Below are positions 1 through 8,639 of a stretch of DNA of 64,000 nt, piece after piece; the stretch's first letter is position 1; each line of letters opens with the position of its first letter. The notes under the pieces were generated by a model. The model was not told where the DNA came from. It ran no database searches and was given only the letters and a program-made list of their open reading frames with translations. The stretch covers positions 8,715 through 72,714 of the IMG/VR virus record IMGVR_UViG_3300036846_001209; one strand, written 5' to 3'. The DNA comes from a virus. The translations under genes and the position numbers were made by a program.

Positions 1-134
1 TCACCTCGCCATGCCGCACCGCGCTCGCTGGCGGCTCGGGGACCTCCTCGCGGGTGAGGATGCGCCCGCCGTCCGCCTTGCAGAAGTCGGTGAGGGTGAT
101 CTCGACGATCGGGACGCTCTTCAGGCGCGCCATC

Positions 135-356
135 TCAGTTCGGCCTTTCGAACTCGGCCTCGTAGAGGTCGAGGCCGCGCTGGGCGGCGGCATCGTCGAT
201 GTTGGCGGCGATCTCGTAGCGGCGCCGGGGTAGCTGCTTGCCGCCCCTCACCTCGCCCCAGACCGTCACCACGAACGGCGTCATGCCCACCGGGCAGTCG
301 AACTTGCCGACATCGACGATCGCCTGCGCCAGGACCTGGGGCTGCTCCATCTGCAT
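135..356 (-). CDS. hypothetical protein
   Basis: 73 aa ORF with GGAGG RBS, downstream of terL. Confidence 0.6.
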   Translation of the reverse strand: MQMEQPQVLAQAIVDVGKFDCPVGMTPFVVTVWGEVRGGKQLPRRRYEIAANIDDAAAQRGLDLYEAEFERPN

Positions 357-430
357 GGCGCCCTCCGGGGGTTGCCGAAGCCCCCCATCCTTGCGGTGTC
401 CTTAACGGTGAGCCGGGGGGGCGCAGCGCG

Positions 431-2224
431 TCAGGTGCCAGGATAGAGGGGCTCCGGCTGCCTCGTATACTGCTTGGCCTCTTCGATCGCGACAAGCCGT
501 TCGGCGGGCAGCGTCAGCATCCCCCGGTCGCGCAGCCAGCGCAGCGCCTGGGAGACGGTGTCGACGAGGTCGTCGTGCGCGCCGTGCGGGAAGGACTCGA
601 CCTGGCGACAGACCTCCTCGGCCCACACCCGGAAAGTCGGCATCCCCGGTAGGGATGGTGCGTAGACGATGCCCTCGCGCACCGGCACCAGCAGCGCCTC
701 GCCGTTCGAATCGCGCATGATGCGCCCGGCGCCGTCGCGCTTCTCCTTGAGCTCGGGGGCGAACAGCGGCACCACCGAGTGCAGGCGGCTGAGCTTGTCG
801 GCGCTCTTCGGGTCGTTCAGTTCCACGCCCCACGGCTCGGTGGCGTAGAGGCGCACCATCTCCTGGCTGACCGAGATGCCCGAGGCCTTGTTCTCGATCA
901 GCAGCAGATCGACCTTCATGCGCTTGCAGGTGTCTGCCGTCGTGGTGACGAGTTCGTGCAGGGCGAGGCGCTTCTGCCAGGCGTGCATCAGCATCACCCG
1001 CGGCGCGGGCTCGTCGTAGGTCCGCTCGCCCATGTAGACCGGCCGCCCGTCGTGGTTGATGTAGCGGCCGGGCACCGCTTCGACGCCGTGGCTCCAGATC
1101 CCCCAGACGGTCAGCGCCGAGTAGTCGTTCTCGGTGCGCTCGGTGTAGGCGGTGTCGAGCGACGCCAGGATGAAGTCCATCGGCGGGTATTGCTCGGCCT
1201 CCCAGGCGTTCCACCAGGCGTACTTGATGACCCCGCCGCCCTTCGGCTTCGGGCTCTGCTCGAGTTGGCCCGCGGCCGCGAACGGGCCCAGCGTCTGCTC
1301 CAGCAGCTTCACCGCCCGGTCGCTGAAGCGCTCGGGCCAGAGCAGCGCGCCCTCGCCGGGGCCGCCGTTCTGGGTGGCGCGCGGGTCCGACCAGCCGATC
1401 GACGTCGTGTAGTAGCGGTCGGCGTCGTAGTGCATCGGCAGGATCAGCGTCTGCCACTCGCCGATCTGCTGCTCCAGCACGTGGCCGGTGAGGTCGTTCT
1501 CGGCGAGGCGCTGCTGGATGATCACGAACGAGCCGGCGTCGAGGTCGTTGAGGCGGGTCGAGGCGGTGGTGTCCCACCAGTCGATCACCTCGGCGATCGC
1601 CGCTTCCGAGAAGGCCTCGTTCGCCGCGTTGGGGTCGTCGATCATAAAGATGTTGCCGCCGAAGCCGGTGGCGGTGCCGCCGATGGAGGTCACCAGCCGC
1701 TCGCCGCCGCGGTCGTTGGCGAAGCGGTGGGCGGTGTTCTCGTCGGTCAGCAGCGCGAAGCGCTTGCCCCAGCGCTGCTGATACCAGCGCGTGTTGATCA
1801 GGCGGCGGTTGCGGAGGCTGAAGCGGAGGCTCAGCTTCTCGGCGTAGGAGCCGTAGACGAACTGGCAGCCCGGCCCGCTGGTCGGCGAGTCGAAGGCCTG
1901 GCACCAGACCCACGACGGGAAGCAGACGCTGCAGAGCGTCGATTTGCCGGACCTGGGCGGGATGTTGATGATCAGCCGGGTGATCTGGCCGTCGACGACC
2001 GCCTCGAGGTGTTCGGCGATCGCCTCCAGCGGCCAGCCGTCGCGGAACGGGGCGGGGTCGATCTGCTTCCAGGCCGACCGGGTGAAGGTGGAGAACGACT
2101 CCTCGCAGTCGTAGGCGTTCATCTCGAGGAGTTGCTGGCTGGGGTCGATCTCCACCCCGGCGTAGTCGATGAGTACACGCTGGCCCATGCGACCAAGCTC
2201 GCTGATCGTGGTCGCCGTGACCAT
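431..2224 (-). CDS. terL: terminase large subunit
   Basis: Walker A-like NIPPRSGKST, GFGG..MIDDP Walker B, nuclease domain SLDTA...DYSA and C-terminal HDDLVDTVSQAL. Confidence 0.95.
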   Translation of the reverse strand: MVTATTISELGRMGQRVLIDYAGVEIDPSQQLLEMNAYDCEESFSTFTRSAWKQIDPAPFRDGWPLEAIAEHLEAVVDGQITRLIINIPPRSGKSTLCSVCFPSWVWCQAFDSPTSGPGCQFVYGSYAEKLSLRFSLRNRRLINTRWYQQRWGKRFALLTDENTAHRFANDRGGERLVTSIGGTATGFGGNIFMIDDPNAANEAFSEAAIAEVIDWWDTTASTRLNDLDAGSFVIIQQRLAENDLTGHVLEQQIGEWQTLILPMHYDADRYYTTSIGWSDPRATQNGGPGEGALLWPERFSDRAVKLLEQTLGPFAAAGQLEQSPKPKGGGVIKYAWWNAWEAEQYPPMDFILASLDTAYTERTENDYSALTVWGIWSHGVEAVPGRYINHDGRPVYMGERTYDEPAPRVMLMHAWQKRLALHELVTTTADTCKRMKVDLLLIENKASGISVSQEMVRLYATEPWGVELNDPKSADKLSRLHSVVPLFAPELKEKRDGAGRIMRDSNGEALLVPVREGIVYAPSLPGMPTFRVWAEEVCRQVESFPHGAHDDLVDTVSQALRWLRDRGMLTLPAERLVAIEEAKQYTRQPEPLYPGT

Positions 2225-2266
2225 CGCCCTCCTGGCGTTCGTCGTCTACGTCGCGCTGGGCCTGCG

Positions 2267-2488
2267 CTAGACCGGCGCGTCGGTGTAGCCGATCACCCCG
2301 TAGCCGGGCAGGATCACCACGAAGGTCGGACCCCAGTCGGTCGGGATCGGGTCGGCGTGGGTGCGGATGCCCACGGGATCCGGCGCGGTCGGCCAGGGCA
2401 GCAGGAGCTCGCGCAGGTAGGCGACGAGCTCGGGGCGCCCCGCCACCTCGATCGTCGGCTTGTCCTTGCCGCGCTCGCGGAACCTCAT
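2267..2488 (-). CDS. hypothetical protein
   Basis: 73 aa ORF, ATGA-coupled to upstream gene. Confidence 0.6.
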   Translation of the reverse strand: MRFRERGKDKPTIEVAGRPELVAYLRELLLPWPTAPDPVGIRTHADPIPTDWGPTFVVILPGYGVIGYTDAPV

Positions 2489-2802
2489 CGGTCGATCGCG
2501 TCGGGCGGCAGGCGCTTGATCGCCGCCAGCACCTCGGAGCGCCAGCGGTCCTGCGCCGTGCCGGTCGCGAAGCTGATGGTGGGCGTGTAGCGGCGCTTGC
2601 CGCGGTCATCGACGAGCGCCTTGCCGTCCTGGCCCACCATCGGGGCGTTGGGCAGGCCCACCGAGAGCTCGCCGTCCTGGCGGCGGAAGACGCTGATCCC
2701 GTGGATGATCAACCCGGATGGGAAGGCGATGTCGACGCGCGCCTTCAGGTACGGGTTGCCCGACACCGGGACGATCTTCGCCACCTGCGCCTGGTCGGTC
2801 AT
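2485..2802 (-). CDS. SpoVG-like nucleic-acid-binding protein
   Basis: LKARVDIAF..GLIIHGISVFRRQDGELSVGLP..Y.P.I.F pattern resembles SpoVG; start chosen at the ATGA overlap (2802). Confidence 0.6.
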   Translation of the reverse strand: MTDQAQVAKIVPVSGNPYLKARVDIAFPSGLIIHGISVFRRQDGELSVGLPNAPMVGQDGKALVDDRGKRRYTPTISFATGTAQDRWRSEVLAAIKRLPPDAIDR

Positions 2803-3062
2803 GGCGTCTCGTCGGCCGGGTAGAGGCTGACCTTGCCGCCGGTCAGGTCGAAGTCCTCCCAGGCCAGCCGCATCGGGATGATCGCGTGCGGCTCCGTCCA
2901 CGGCACCGGGATGCAGGCCAGGACGCCCCAGGCGCGGATCTCATGCACGACCGCGAGCGCGCGCGTGAAGCAGATGCCAGAGCCGTCGCTGGCCGAGGCG
3001 GGCGAGGTCACCTCGACGATGTCGCCGACCGCGAGGGCGGCCTTCTTCTCGTCCTCGGTCAT
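2799..3062 (-). CDS. hypothetical protein
   Basis: ATGA-coupled at both ends. Confidence 0.6.
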   Translation of the reverse strand: MTEDEKKAALAVGDIVEVTSPASASDGSGICFTRALAVVHEIRAWGVLACIPVPWTEPHAIIPMRLAWEDFDLTGGKVSLYPADETP

Positions 3063-3481
3063 GCGTCCCAAGGCCCCTTCGGGCCGCTGCGGTCACGGTC
3101 GAGCTCGTAGTCGACCGTGCGCCGCCAGGAGCGCCGGATGACCTCGGCGCTGGTGCGCGCGACGTCGTCGGGGTCGTACGAGAACAGCGCCGCGCCCATG
3201 CCGACCGCCGTCACCACGCCCAGCAGGGCGTGGGTCGGGATGTCGTCGGGGTGGCCCGAGTCGCCGCGGTGACGCTGCGCCCAGTGCAGGATGCGCTGCA
3301 CCGCCAAGCTCACCGTGGTCTGCACGAGCTCGGCCTCGGTGACGTCCTTCGCCAGGCTCGGGTCGGCGGTCAGCGCCAACTGGCGGCACTCGGCCAGGAA
3401 GGCGTCGGCGCCCGGCTCGGTGCCCTCGGGCTTGAACGAGGTGCGCAGCGGCTCCATCGGCGGCAGTTTCGGGCGGCTCAT
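3059..3481 (-). CDS. hypothetical protein
   Basis: 140 aa ORF, coupled overlaps. Confidence 0.65.
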   Translation of the reverse strand: MSRPKLPPMEPLRTSFKPEGTEPGADAFLAECRQLALTADPSLAKDVTEAELVQTTVSLAVQRILHWAQRHRGDSGHPDDIPTHALLGVVTAVGMGAALFSYDPDDVARTSAEVIRRSWRRTVDYELDRDRSGPKGPWDA

Positions 3482-3714
3482 GCGCCGTCTCCGGTCGGCA
3501 GGAAGGTGGTGTGCTCGTGGTGGCCGAGCATGATCTCGATCGCCGTCTCGGCAGCCTGGGCGGCGTCGGTGATCAGCTTGCGCGGCAGCACCGTGCCGAG
3601 GCCGTCGCGCGCGGGGATCTTCATCACCGCCAGGATCAGGTGCGACTCGACCGTGAACGGATCGGGCGTGTCGCCCACCATCAGCAGGCTCTCTGGCTTC
3701 AGTCGTTCGTCCAT
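3478..3714 (-). CDS. hypothetical protein
   Basis: 78 aa ORF with GAGGAG RBS. Confidence 0.65.
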   Translation of the reverse strand: MDERLKPESLLMVGDTPDPFTVESHLILAVMKIPARDGLGTVLPRKLITDAAQAAETAIEIMLGHHEHTTFLPTGDGA

Positions 3715-3735
3715 CTTCCCGTCTCCTCTTCGGGT

Positions 3736-3753
3736 GTTGACTTATAAGTCAAC
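3736..3753. promoter_or_regulatory. perfect 18-bp AT-rich palindrome GTTGACTTATAAGTCAAC (operator-like)
   Basis: Read directly; lies at a gene boundary in otherwise GC-rich DNA. Confidence 0.55.
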
Positions 3754-3982
3754 TCTTCTGGTCGGCATCCTCCCTGAGCAGCCCCTCGAGGAGGCCGCCG
3801 GTTTCCACCCCCGCTTCGTGCATCGCACGCCGCACCGCCGCCGCGCAGCCGTACAGCTTGGCGCCGAGCAGCCAGCCCAGCGTCAGGTTGAGGTGGTCCC
3901 AGTAGCTGCCGTCATCGGCCGCCACCTCCGCCACCGCCGCCTTGAACAGGCGCCGCATCTGGGTCGGCTCGTCTTCGCGCAT
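3749..3982 (-). CDS. hypothetical protein
   Basis: 77 aa ORF with AGAGGAG upstream; overlaps the 3' end of the upstream ORF. Confidence 0.5.
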   Translation of the reverse strand: MREDEPTQMRRLFKAAVAEVAADDGSYWDHLNLTLGWLLGAKLYGCAAAVRRAMHEAGVETGGLLEGLLREDADQKS

Positions 3983-4514
3983 CTTCCATCTCCTCTTCGC
4001 GCCACGCTTTCAGGTCCGCCAGCGGCCAGAGCTCGCTCTGCGGCATGTACCAGATGTCCTCGCCGTACCGGGTCTGGCGCTTCCACCGGTCGACCGTCAC
4101 CTCGCGCCCCCAGCGCCAGCCGAGTAGCCAGACCACATGGCCGGCGCTCCAGATGCCGAGCAGCCACGGCGAGTCGCCGTGCTTGAGGTCGCGCGGTCTG
4201 AGGATCAGGTCGCCGCCCTGGTTCAGGGTGCCGCGCGTGTAGACGCCGGTGCGGCCGCGCCCGACGTCCGGCGCCGCGAAGTCGCCCAGCGCCCCGTCCC
4301 ACGGCTCGTCGAAGTAGAAGGCCGCCGCCTTCTCGACCACGCAGCCGATCACCTGATTGAAGGCCGCCTGCTTGACGGTGCCGTCGTAGGTGCGGCGGTT
4401 CTCCTCGACGTCCTGCATCTGCCGCGCGCCCGCCTTCGCGTAGGCGTCCACCATCTCGGGCGTCGTCATCGTCACCCGGATCACCCGGTCGGACCGCTCT
4501 GCCACCGTCGCCAC
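3912..4514 (-). CDS. phage protein, possible PD-(D/E)XK-like nuclease fold
   Basis: G..E.A...PDVG...V.TR...DLILRP.D pattern; RBS GAGGAG. Confidence 0.5.
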   Translation of the reverse strand: MATVAERSDRVIRVTMTTPEMVDAYAKAGARQMQDVEENRRTYDGTVKQAAFNQVIGCVVEKAAAFYFDEPWDGALGDFAAPDVGRGRTGVYTRGTLNQGGDLILRPRDLKHGDSPWLLGIWSAGHVVWLLGWRWGREVTVDRWKRQTRYGEDIWYMPQSELWPLADLKAWREEEMEDARRRADPDAAPVQGGGGGGGGR

Positions 4515-4527
4515 CGGCCTCTCCTCT

Positions 4528-5502
4528 TCAGCCGCAGATCAGCCCGCACTCCACGTCGTGCTCGTCCTCGTCGGGACCCTCGGCCAGCGAGGGCGCGTTC
4601 TGGGCGAAGTCGAAGAAGCCCTGGCCGTGCGCCACCTCGGCGAGCTCGGCGACGCCGTACTCGGTCACGAACTGGCCGCCCAGCCCCGTCGCCTTCTGCT
4701 TGGCGAGCGCCTCCGCCGCCACCCACCAGGCCTCCACCCCCGGGTTCTCGCGGATGATGGTGACCTTCTTCTCCCGGCTCTTCAGGAAGCAGAGGTCGCA
4801 GTTGCCCTCGTAGTCGCGAAGCTCGAGGTCGAAGCCCTGCGGATGCACCCGGGTCTGGAAGCTCCTGCCCTCGCCCCACCAGAAGTCCAAGACGTCGCGC
4901 TTGGTGATGCGCCCGTTCGCCAGCGGCATCACCGCCCGGAACGGCTCCTTCGCCGCGTCGTTGCGCGCCAGCGCCTTCAAGACCCGGTGGCCCTCGTCGT
5001 GGCGCAGCCCCACCACGTTCTTCCAGTGCGTCCAGCCCAGGTCCCGCTGCGCGAAGCGCTTCGCCGTCTCCACCTTCAGGGTCATCGAGCAGAACCGCGT
5101 CACCGCGTTCGGCGCGTACTGCTTCATGGCGATCAGCGCCATGAACGGCTCGCCGGCGCGGCTTGCCGAGTTGTAGCCCACCACCGCGTAGCCGACCGGC
5201 TCGACGAGGTAGGCGCGGTCAGGATCGGCATCCAGCCAGGCCGCCAGCGACGGGCGCAGCGCCTCGGTCGGGCGCGGCCGCCACTCCAGCCAGTGGACGC
5301 GGATCCCCCAGCGGCTCTCCACCTCGTGGACGAAGCGCAGCGTCTCCTCGCGCTCCTTCGCCGTGTTGCAGAACTGCACCACGACGTCGGCGGGCAGGTA
5401 GCCGCCCCAGGCGTGGATGATGCGCCAGAGCATGTAAGCACTGGTCCGCCCGCCCGAGAAACTGATCAGCGCCGGGCCCTCGACGCGGAACGGGTCGCTC
5501 AT
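4528..5502 (-). CDS. PAPS-reductase-like PP-loop protein (adenine nucleotide alpha hydrolase fold)
   Basis: ISFSGGRTS PP-loop, FCNTAKE, RFCSMTLK, GLRHDE, GNCDLCFLK. Confidence 0.85.
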   Translation of the reverse strand: MSDPFRVEGPALISFSGGRTSAYMLWRIIHAWGGYLPADVVVQFCNTAKEREETLRFVHEVESRWGIRVHWLEWRPRPTEALRPSLAAWLDADPDRAYLVEPVGYAVVGYNSASRAGEPFMALIAMKQYAPNAVTRFCSMTLKVETAKRFAQRDLGWTHWKNVVGLRHDEGHRVLKALARNDAAKEPFRAVMPLANGRITKRDVLDFWWGEGRSFQTRVHPQGFDLELRDYEGNCDLCFLKSREKKVTIIRENPGVEAWWVAAEALAKQKATGLGGQFVTEYGVAELAEVAHGQGFFDFAQNAPSLAEGPDEDEHDVECGLICG

Positions 5503-7418
5503 AGCCTGCCCTCCGCCCGAAGCTGCGCGAACTCATCATCGACGAGGACGAGGCGCTCGAGGATCCAGCCGATCACCGGCACCGCGAAGGCGTTGCCCAG
5601 CGCCTTGTACCGCGGCCCGTCCGCCGCCGGCTTGCCCCGGTAGGTCACCTGCGTATAGCCGTCGGGGAAGCCCTGTAGCCGCTCGCACTCCGTCGGCGTC
5701 AGGCGGCGCACCGCGCTCGCCGTCGGCGCCGCAGGCGCCAGCACCGCCGTCGTGGTGGCGTTCTCGATCTTCCCAGGCGTGCGGGCGCGCAGCGCCGCCG
5801 CGAGCTCGGTCGGGCTGGCGGTCGACACCGTCTGGTCGGCGCCGTGCAGCGTGAAGCCCTGCGGCGCCGGGGTCACGATGCGGGCGCCGCGGTCGGTGGA
5901 GCGACCCTCCGCGGTCGGGGTGAGGGCGGGCGCGGTGGTGATTTCGCTGGCCCTGAGCGCACTGCCCTGGCCGCCCTCGGGGACGATCGAGAAGGCGATG
6001 GCGGGCGCGCTCGCGCCGGGGGCCAGCGTCGGGGCGGGGCCGCCCGGCTTCGGGTTGGAGCGGTTCTCCGGGTGGCTCAGCTGGGTGGTGTCGAAGGCCA
6101 GCAGCGTCGTCGTGCCCCGCCGCACCCCGCCCGTGGCCGCGAGACTCCCCGCCTGGTCGCCATCGCCGCCCTGCAGCCTGACCTCGTCCCGCCCGTTCGC
6201 CTGAAACGCCACGTAGTCGCGGCTCGAGCCGCCGCTAGCGCTTCTGAGCGCGCTGGCCTGGTCGCCGTCTCGATGGATCTCGGGCTGGGCGCCCTCGGCG
6301 CGGCCGCGCAGCGCGAAGGCGATGGCCGGGATCAGGTTGTTGTCCTGGCCCTGCAGCGTCGGCGCAAACTCCTGCGTCGCCGTGATGCCGCCCGCACGCT
6401 CCGACTGCCCAGGCTTGAAGGCCAGCGCCGGCGTCGGGGCGGACGGGCCGTGCACCTGGGACGGCGCGGCCTCGACCGGCTGGATGTAGCCCGACTCCCA
6501 CTCCTGCTGGCCCCAGCCATGCCCGTGCTTCTTCTCGGTGCCGCCGCTCGCCGGCATCGAGCCCACCACCTGGGGCGGGGCCTGGGTGGCGATCACCGGG
6601 TCCTGGCCCCTGGGCTCGCCCACCCGCTGCACGCCGCGGCCGCTTTGGGTCAGCGCCTGCGCCAGGGGGTGCGAGAGGGTGGGCGCCGGGATCAGGTCGT
6701 CGGCGCGATCGGCGTCGTTGCGATACCCGCTGCTTGTTGCAGAGCTTCCCGCAACTGGACGGGAAGCTCTTTGCCCCGCTTCTCGGCGCGGCGCAGGATC
6801 CCCCGACAAGCTCGCGCGCTCAAAAAGTACCGCGCAGGGACCTCGCCAGTCTCCAAGACGTCCGACAACGAACACACGCGCGCGCCGCTGCGCCAAGCCG
6901 AAGTACTGAGCGTCAAGGGTGGCGTAGGCCCACCCATACCCGATGACGCCCAGCCCCCCAAGAAAGGAACCAAAGTCCCGTCCGCCGTTGCTCGACAGGA
7001 CACCGGGGACGTTCTCCCAAACCAACCACTCGGGGCGCAGTCGGTCAGCCAGCGCAAGGAACTCTCGCGCCAGGTTTCCACGCTCGTCCTGAAGGCCGCC
7101 TCTGAGCCCCGCGACACTGAAGGACTGGCAAGGAGTCCCGCCGACCAAAAGTCGGATTGACCCGGCGCTGGCTGGCCCGTGCTGCGCCGCTGTGATCGTC
7201 CTGAAGTCGCCATGCAGGGGGGTGTCCTCGTAGTGATGCTTGAGGATGGTGCGCGGGAACGCCTCGATCTCCGACATGAAGGCCGGCGTCAGGCGGGCGG
7301 CCAGGGCCGGGGAGGCGGCTATGGCCGCTTCGCACCCCCCGATGCCCGTGCAGACCGTGCCGTAGCGGATGGGACCCGGATTCAGAAAGGGACCCGCCGG
7401 GATGGGACCCAACTTCAT
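5499..7418 (-). CDS. DNA cytosine-5 methyltransferase with greatly expanded variable region
   Basis: Motifs I (CTGIGG), IV (GGTPCQSFS), VI (WENVPG), VIII (QRRARVF), IX (RRLTPTECERLQGFP), X (KALGNAF). Confidence 0.93.
   Translation of the reverse strand: MKLGPIPAGPFLNPGPIRYGTVCTGIGGCEAAIAASPALAARLTPAFMSEIEAFPRTILKHHYEDTPLHGDFRTITAAQHGPASAGSIRLLVGGTPCQSFSVAGLRGGLQDERGNLAREFLALADRLRPEWLVWENVPGVLSSNGGRDFGSFLGGLGVIGYGWAYATLDAQYFGLAQRRARVFVVGRLGDWRGPCAVLFERASLSGDPAPRREAGQRASRPVAGSSATSSGYRNDADRADDLIPAPTLSHPLAQALTQSGRGVQRVGEPRGQDPVIATQAPPQVVGSMPASGGTEKKHGHGWGQQEWESGYIQPVEAAPSQVHGPSAPTPALAFKPGQSERAGGITATQEFAPTLQGQDNNLIPAIAFALRGRAEGAQPEIHRDGDQASALRSASGGSSRDYVAFQANGRDEVRLQGGDGDQAGSLAATGGVRRGTTTLLAFDTTQLSHPENRSNPKPGGPAPTLAPGASAPAIAFSIVPEGGQGSALRASEITTAPALTPTAEGRSTDRGARIVTPAPQGFTLHGADQTVSTASPTELAAALRARTPGKIENATTTAVLAPAAPTASAVRRLTPTECERLQGFPDGYTQVTYRGKPAADGPRYKALGNAFAVPVIGWILERLVLVDDEFAQLRAEGRL
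6692..7213 (-). CDS. overprinted ORF inside the MTase gene (candidate second MTase polypeptide)
   Basis: 173 aa alternate-frame ORF ending SLSDVLETGEVPARYFLSARACRGILRRAEKRGKELP; host-frame codon bias relaxes over the overlap. Confidence 0.7.
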   Translation of the reverse strand: MATSGRSQRRSTGQPAPGQSDFWSAGLLASPSVSRGSEAAFRTSVETWRESSLRWLTDCAPSGWFGRTSPVSCRATADGTLVPFLGGWASSGMGGPTPPLTLSTSAWRSGARVCSLSDVLETGEVPARYFLSARACRGILRRAEKRGKELPVQLREALQQAAGIATTPIAPTT

Positions 7419-7948
7419 ATGCCTAAGCTCCAGTTCGGGGGACCCGGATTCGAGAGGAGGTGTGGGGGGGCGCCGCTCGCCTTCGGCTCGCTACGGGCAA
7501 GTGCGACATATGGACGCGCCCCCCCCGGGGGTCGAGAGGGCTGGGGCATGCGACACGTTGTCGCAGGGGCTTGACACAGTATAGCGCAAGTAACGCGCCA
7601 GTAACGCCGAGTAGTCGTCGAGGCGCTGCCTCGCGAATACTCGAGGTCTACTTGCGCTGTACTGGCCCGCGGCCTGGCGCCGCAGGCGCCTGACCGAGCG
7701 CCGCGGCCTGAGTTGCTGACGCCGAGGCCACGCCCACCATGCGCCGCGAGGCGCGAGGTGTGCAGTGGCCGGACGGTCTGGCTCGAGGGCATGGCGGCGA
7801 CGCTAGGTCCGGCGCCCGACAGCGTCAAGCGGGCTTGGCGCTTCGTCCGTGACCGGACGGATGCGACAAGGCCGCTCGCCGAGGTCATCCGCCACCGGAC
7901 GGCCGGCCGCCGGCGGTCCGAGCTCCCGCCCGCCGAGGCCGAGGCGCT

Positions 7949-8626
7949 TCAGCCGTCCTCGTCGTCGACGAGGCCGCCGAACCCGCCGCGCCGATCCTCG
8001 CCGATTTGCCCGAGGCTGGGCGCCCGGCGCGCCGAGCCGACGCCGTCCGCCAGTACCGCGCCCAGGTCGCTGCCTTGACCAGCTGGCCGCACCTCGCCCT
8101 CGTCGTCCACCTCGACGAGGCCTTGTGACACCGCCGCCTCAAGCAGGCTGCGCAGCGCAGCCCGCTGGGCGTCGTCGAGGAGGCGTGGGTCGACGACATG
8201 GCGCCGCACCTCCGTCACCGTCGCCTCGACCTTCACCGACTTGGGCTGTTCCCCGTACCGGCCCGAGTCCCACTGCCGCAGCAGGCGCAGCCGCGTCTCG
8301 ATCCGCAGGCGGCTCCGGTTCACGTTCTCCGCGTCGAACCGGTAGCCCATCGGCGTCCCATCATCGCGGAGCGCCTCGACGTAGTCGTTGCGGCTGTCGT
8401 CGGCGATCGCCAGACACTCATGGGCCAGAGCGTCCCATCCGAGCGACCGAGCTCCGGCGAGGTCTTCCCCGAACTCGGGATCCTCCGAACCCCAGTGATT
8501 CACCGTCCGAGCCGCCAGCCCATGCGCCCTCGCCGCGACACTCAGAGGTGTGCCGAGACTCAACGCCAGGAGGATATCCCGCCTGATCTCCGCCTCGTTC
8601 ACCCTCCGAGGCCGCGCCATCGACAC
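7949..8626 (-). CDS. terS: terminase small subunit
   Basis: N-terminal HTH followed by AR..G.D.LA.ECLAIADD...V.RSRLRIETRLRLL..W..RYG pattern. Confidence 0.85.
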   Translation of the reverse strand: MSMARPRRVNEAEIRRDILLALSLGTPLSVAARAHGLAARTVNHWGSEDPEFGEDLAGARSLGWDALAHECLAIADDSRNDYVEALRDDGTPMGYRFDAENVNRSRLRIETRLRLLRQWDSGRYGEQPKSVKVEATVTEVRRHVVDPRLLDDAQRAALRSLLEAAVSQGLVEVDDEGEVRPAGQGSDLGAVLADGVGSARRAPSLGQIGEDRRGGFGGLVDDEDG

Positions 8627-8639
8627 CTCCCGCAGTCAG

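Noticed and set aside
402-2609. Long alternate-frame and antisense ORFs (402-2609, 779-2590 and many others genome-wide)
   Set aside because: Arg/Ala/Pro-rich shadows expected in high-GC DNA; no motifs and no codon-bias shift, unlike 6692-7213 and 45703-45873.
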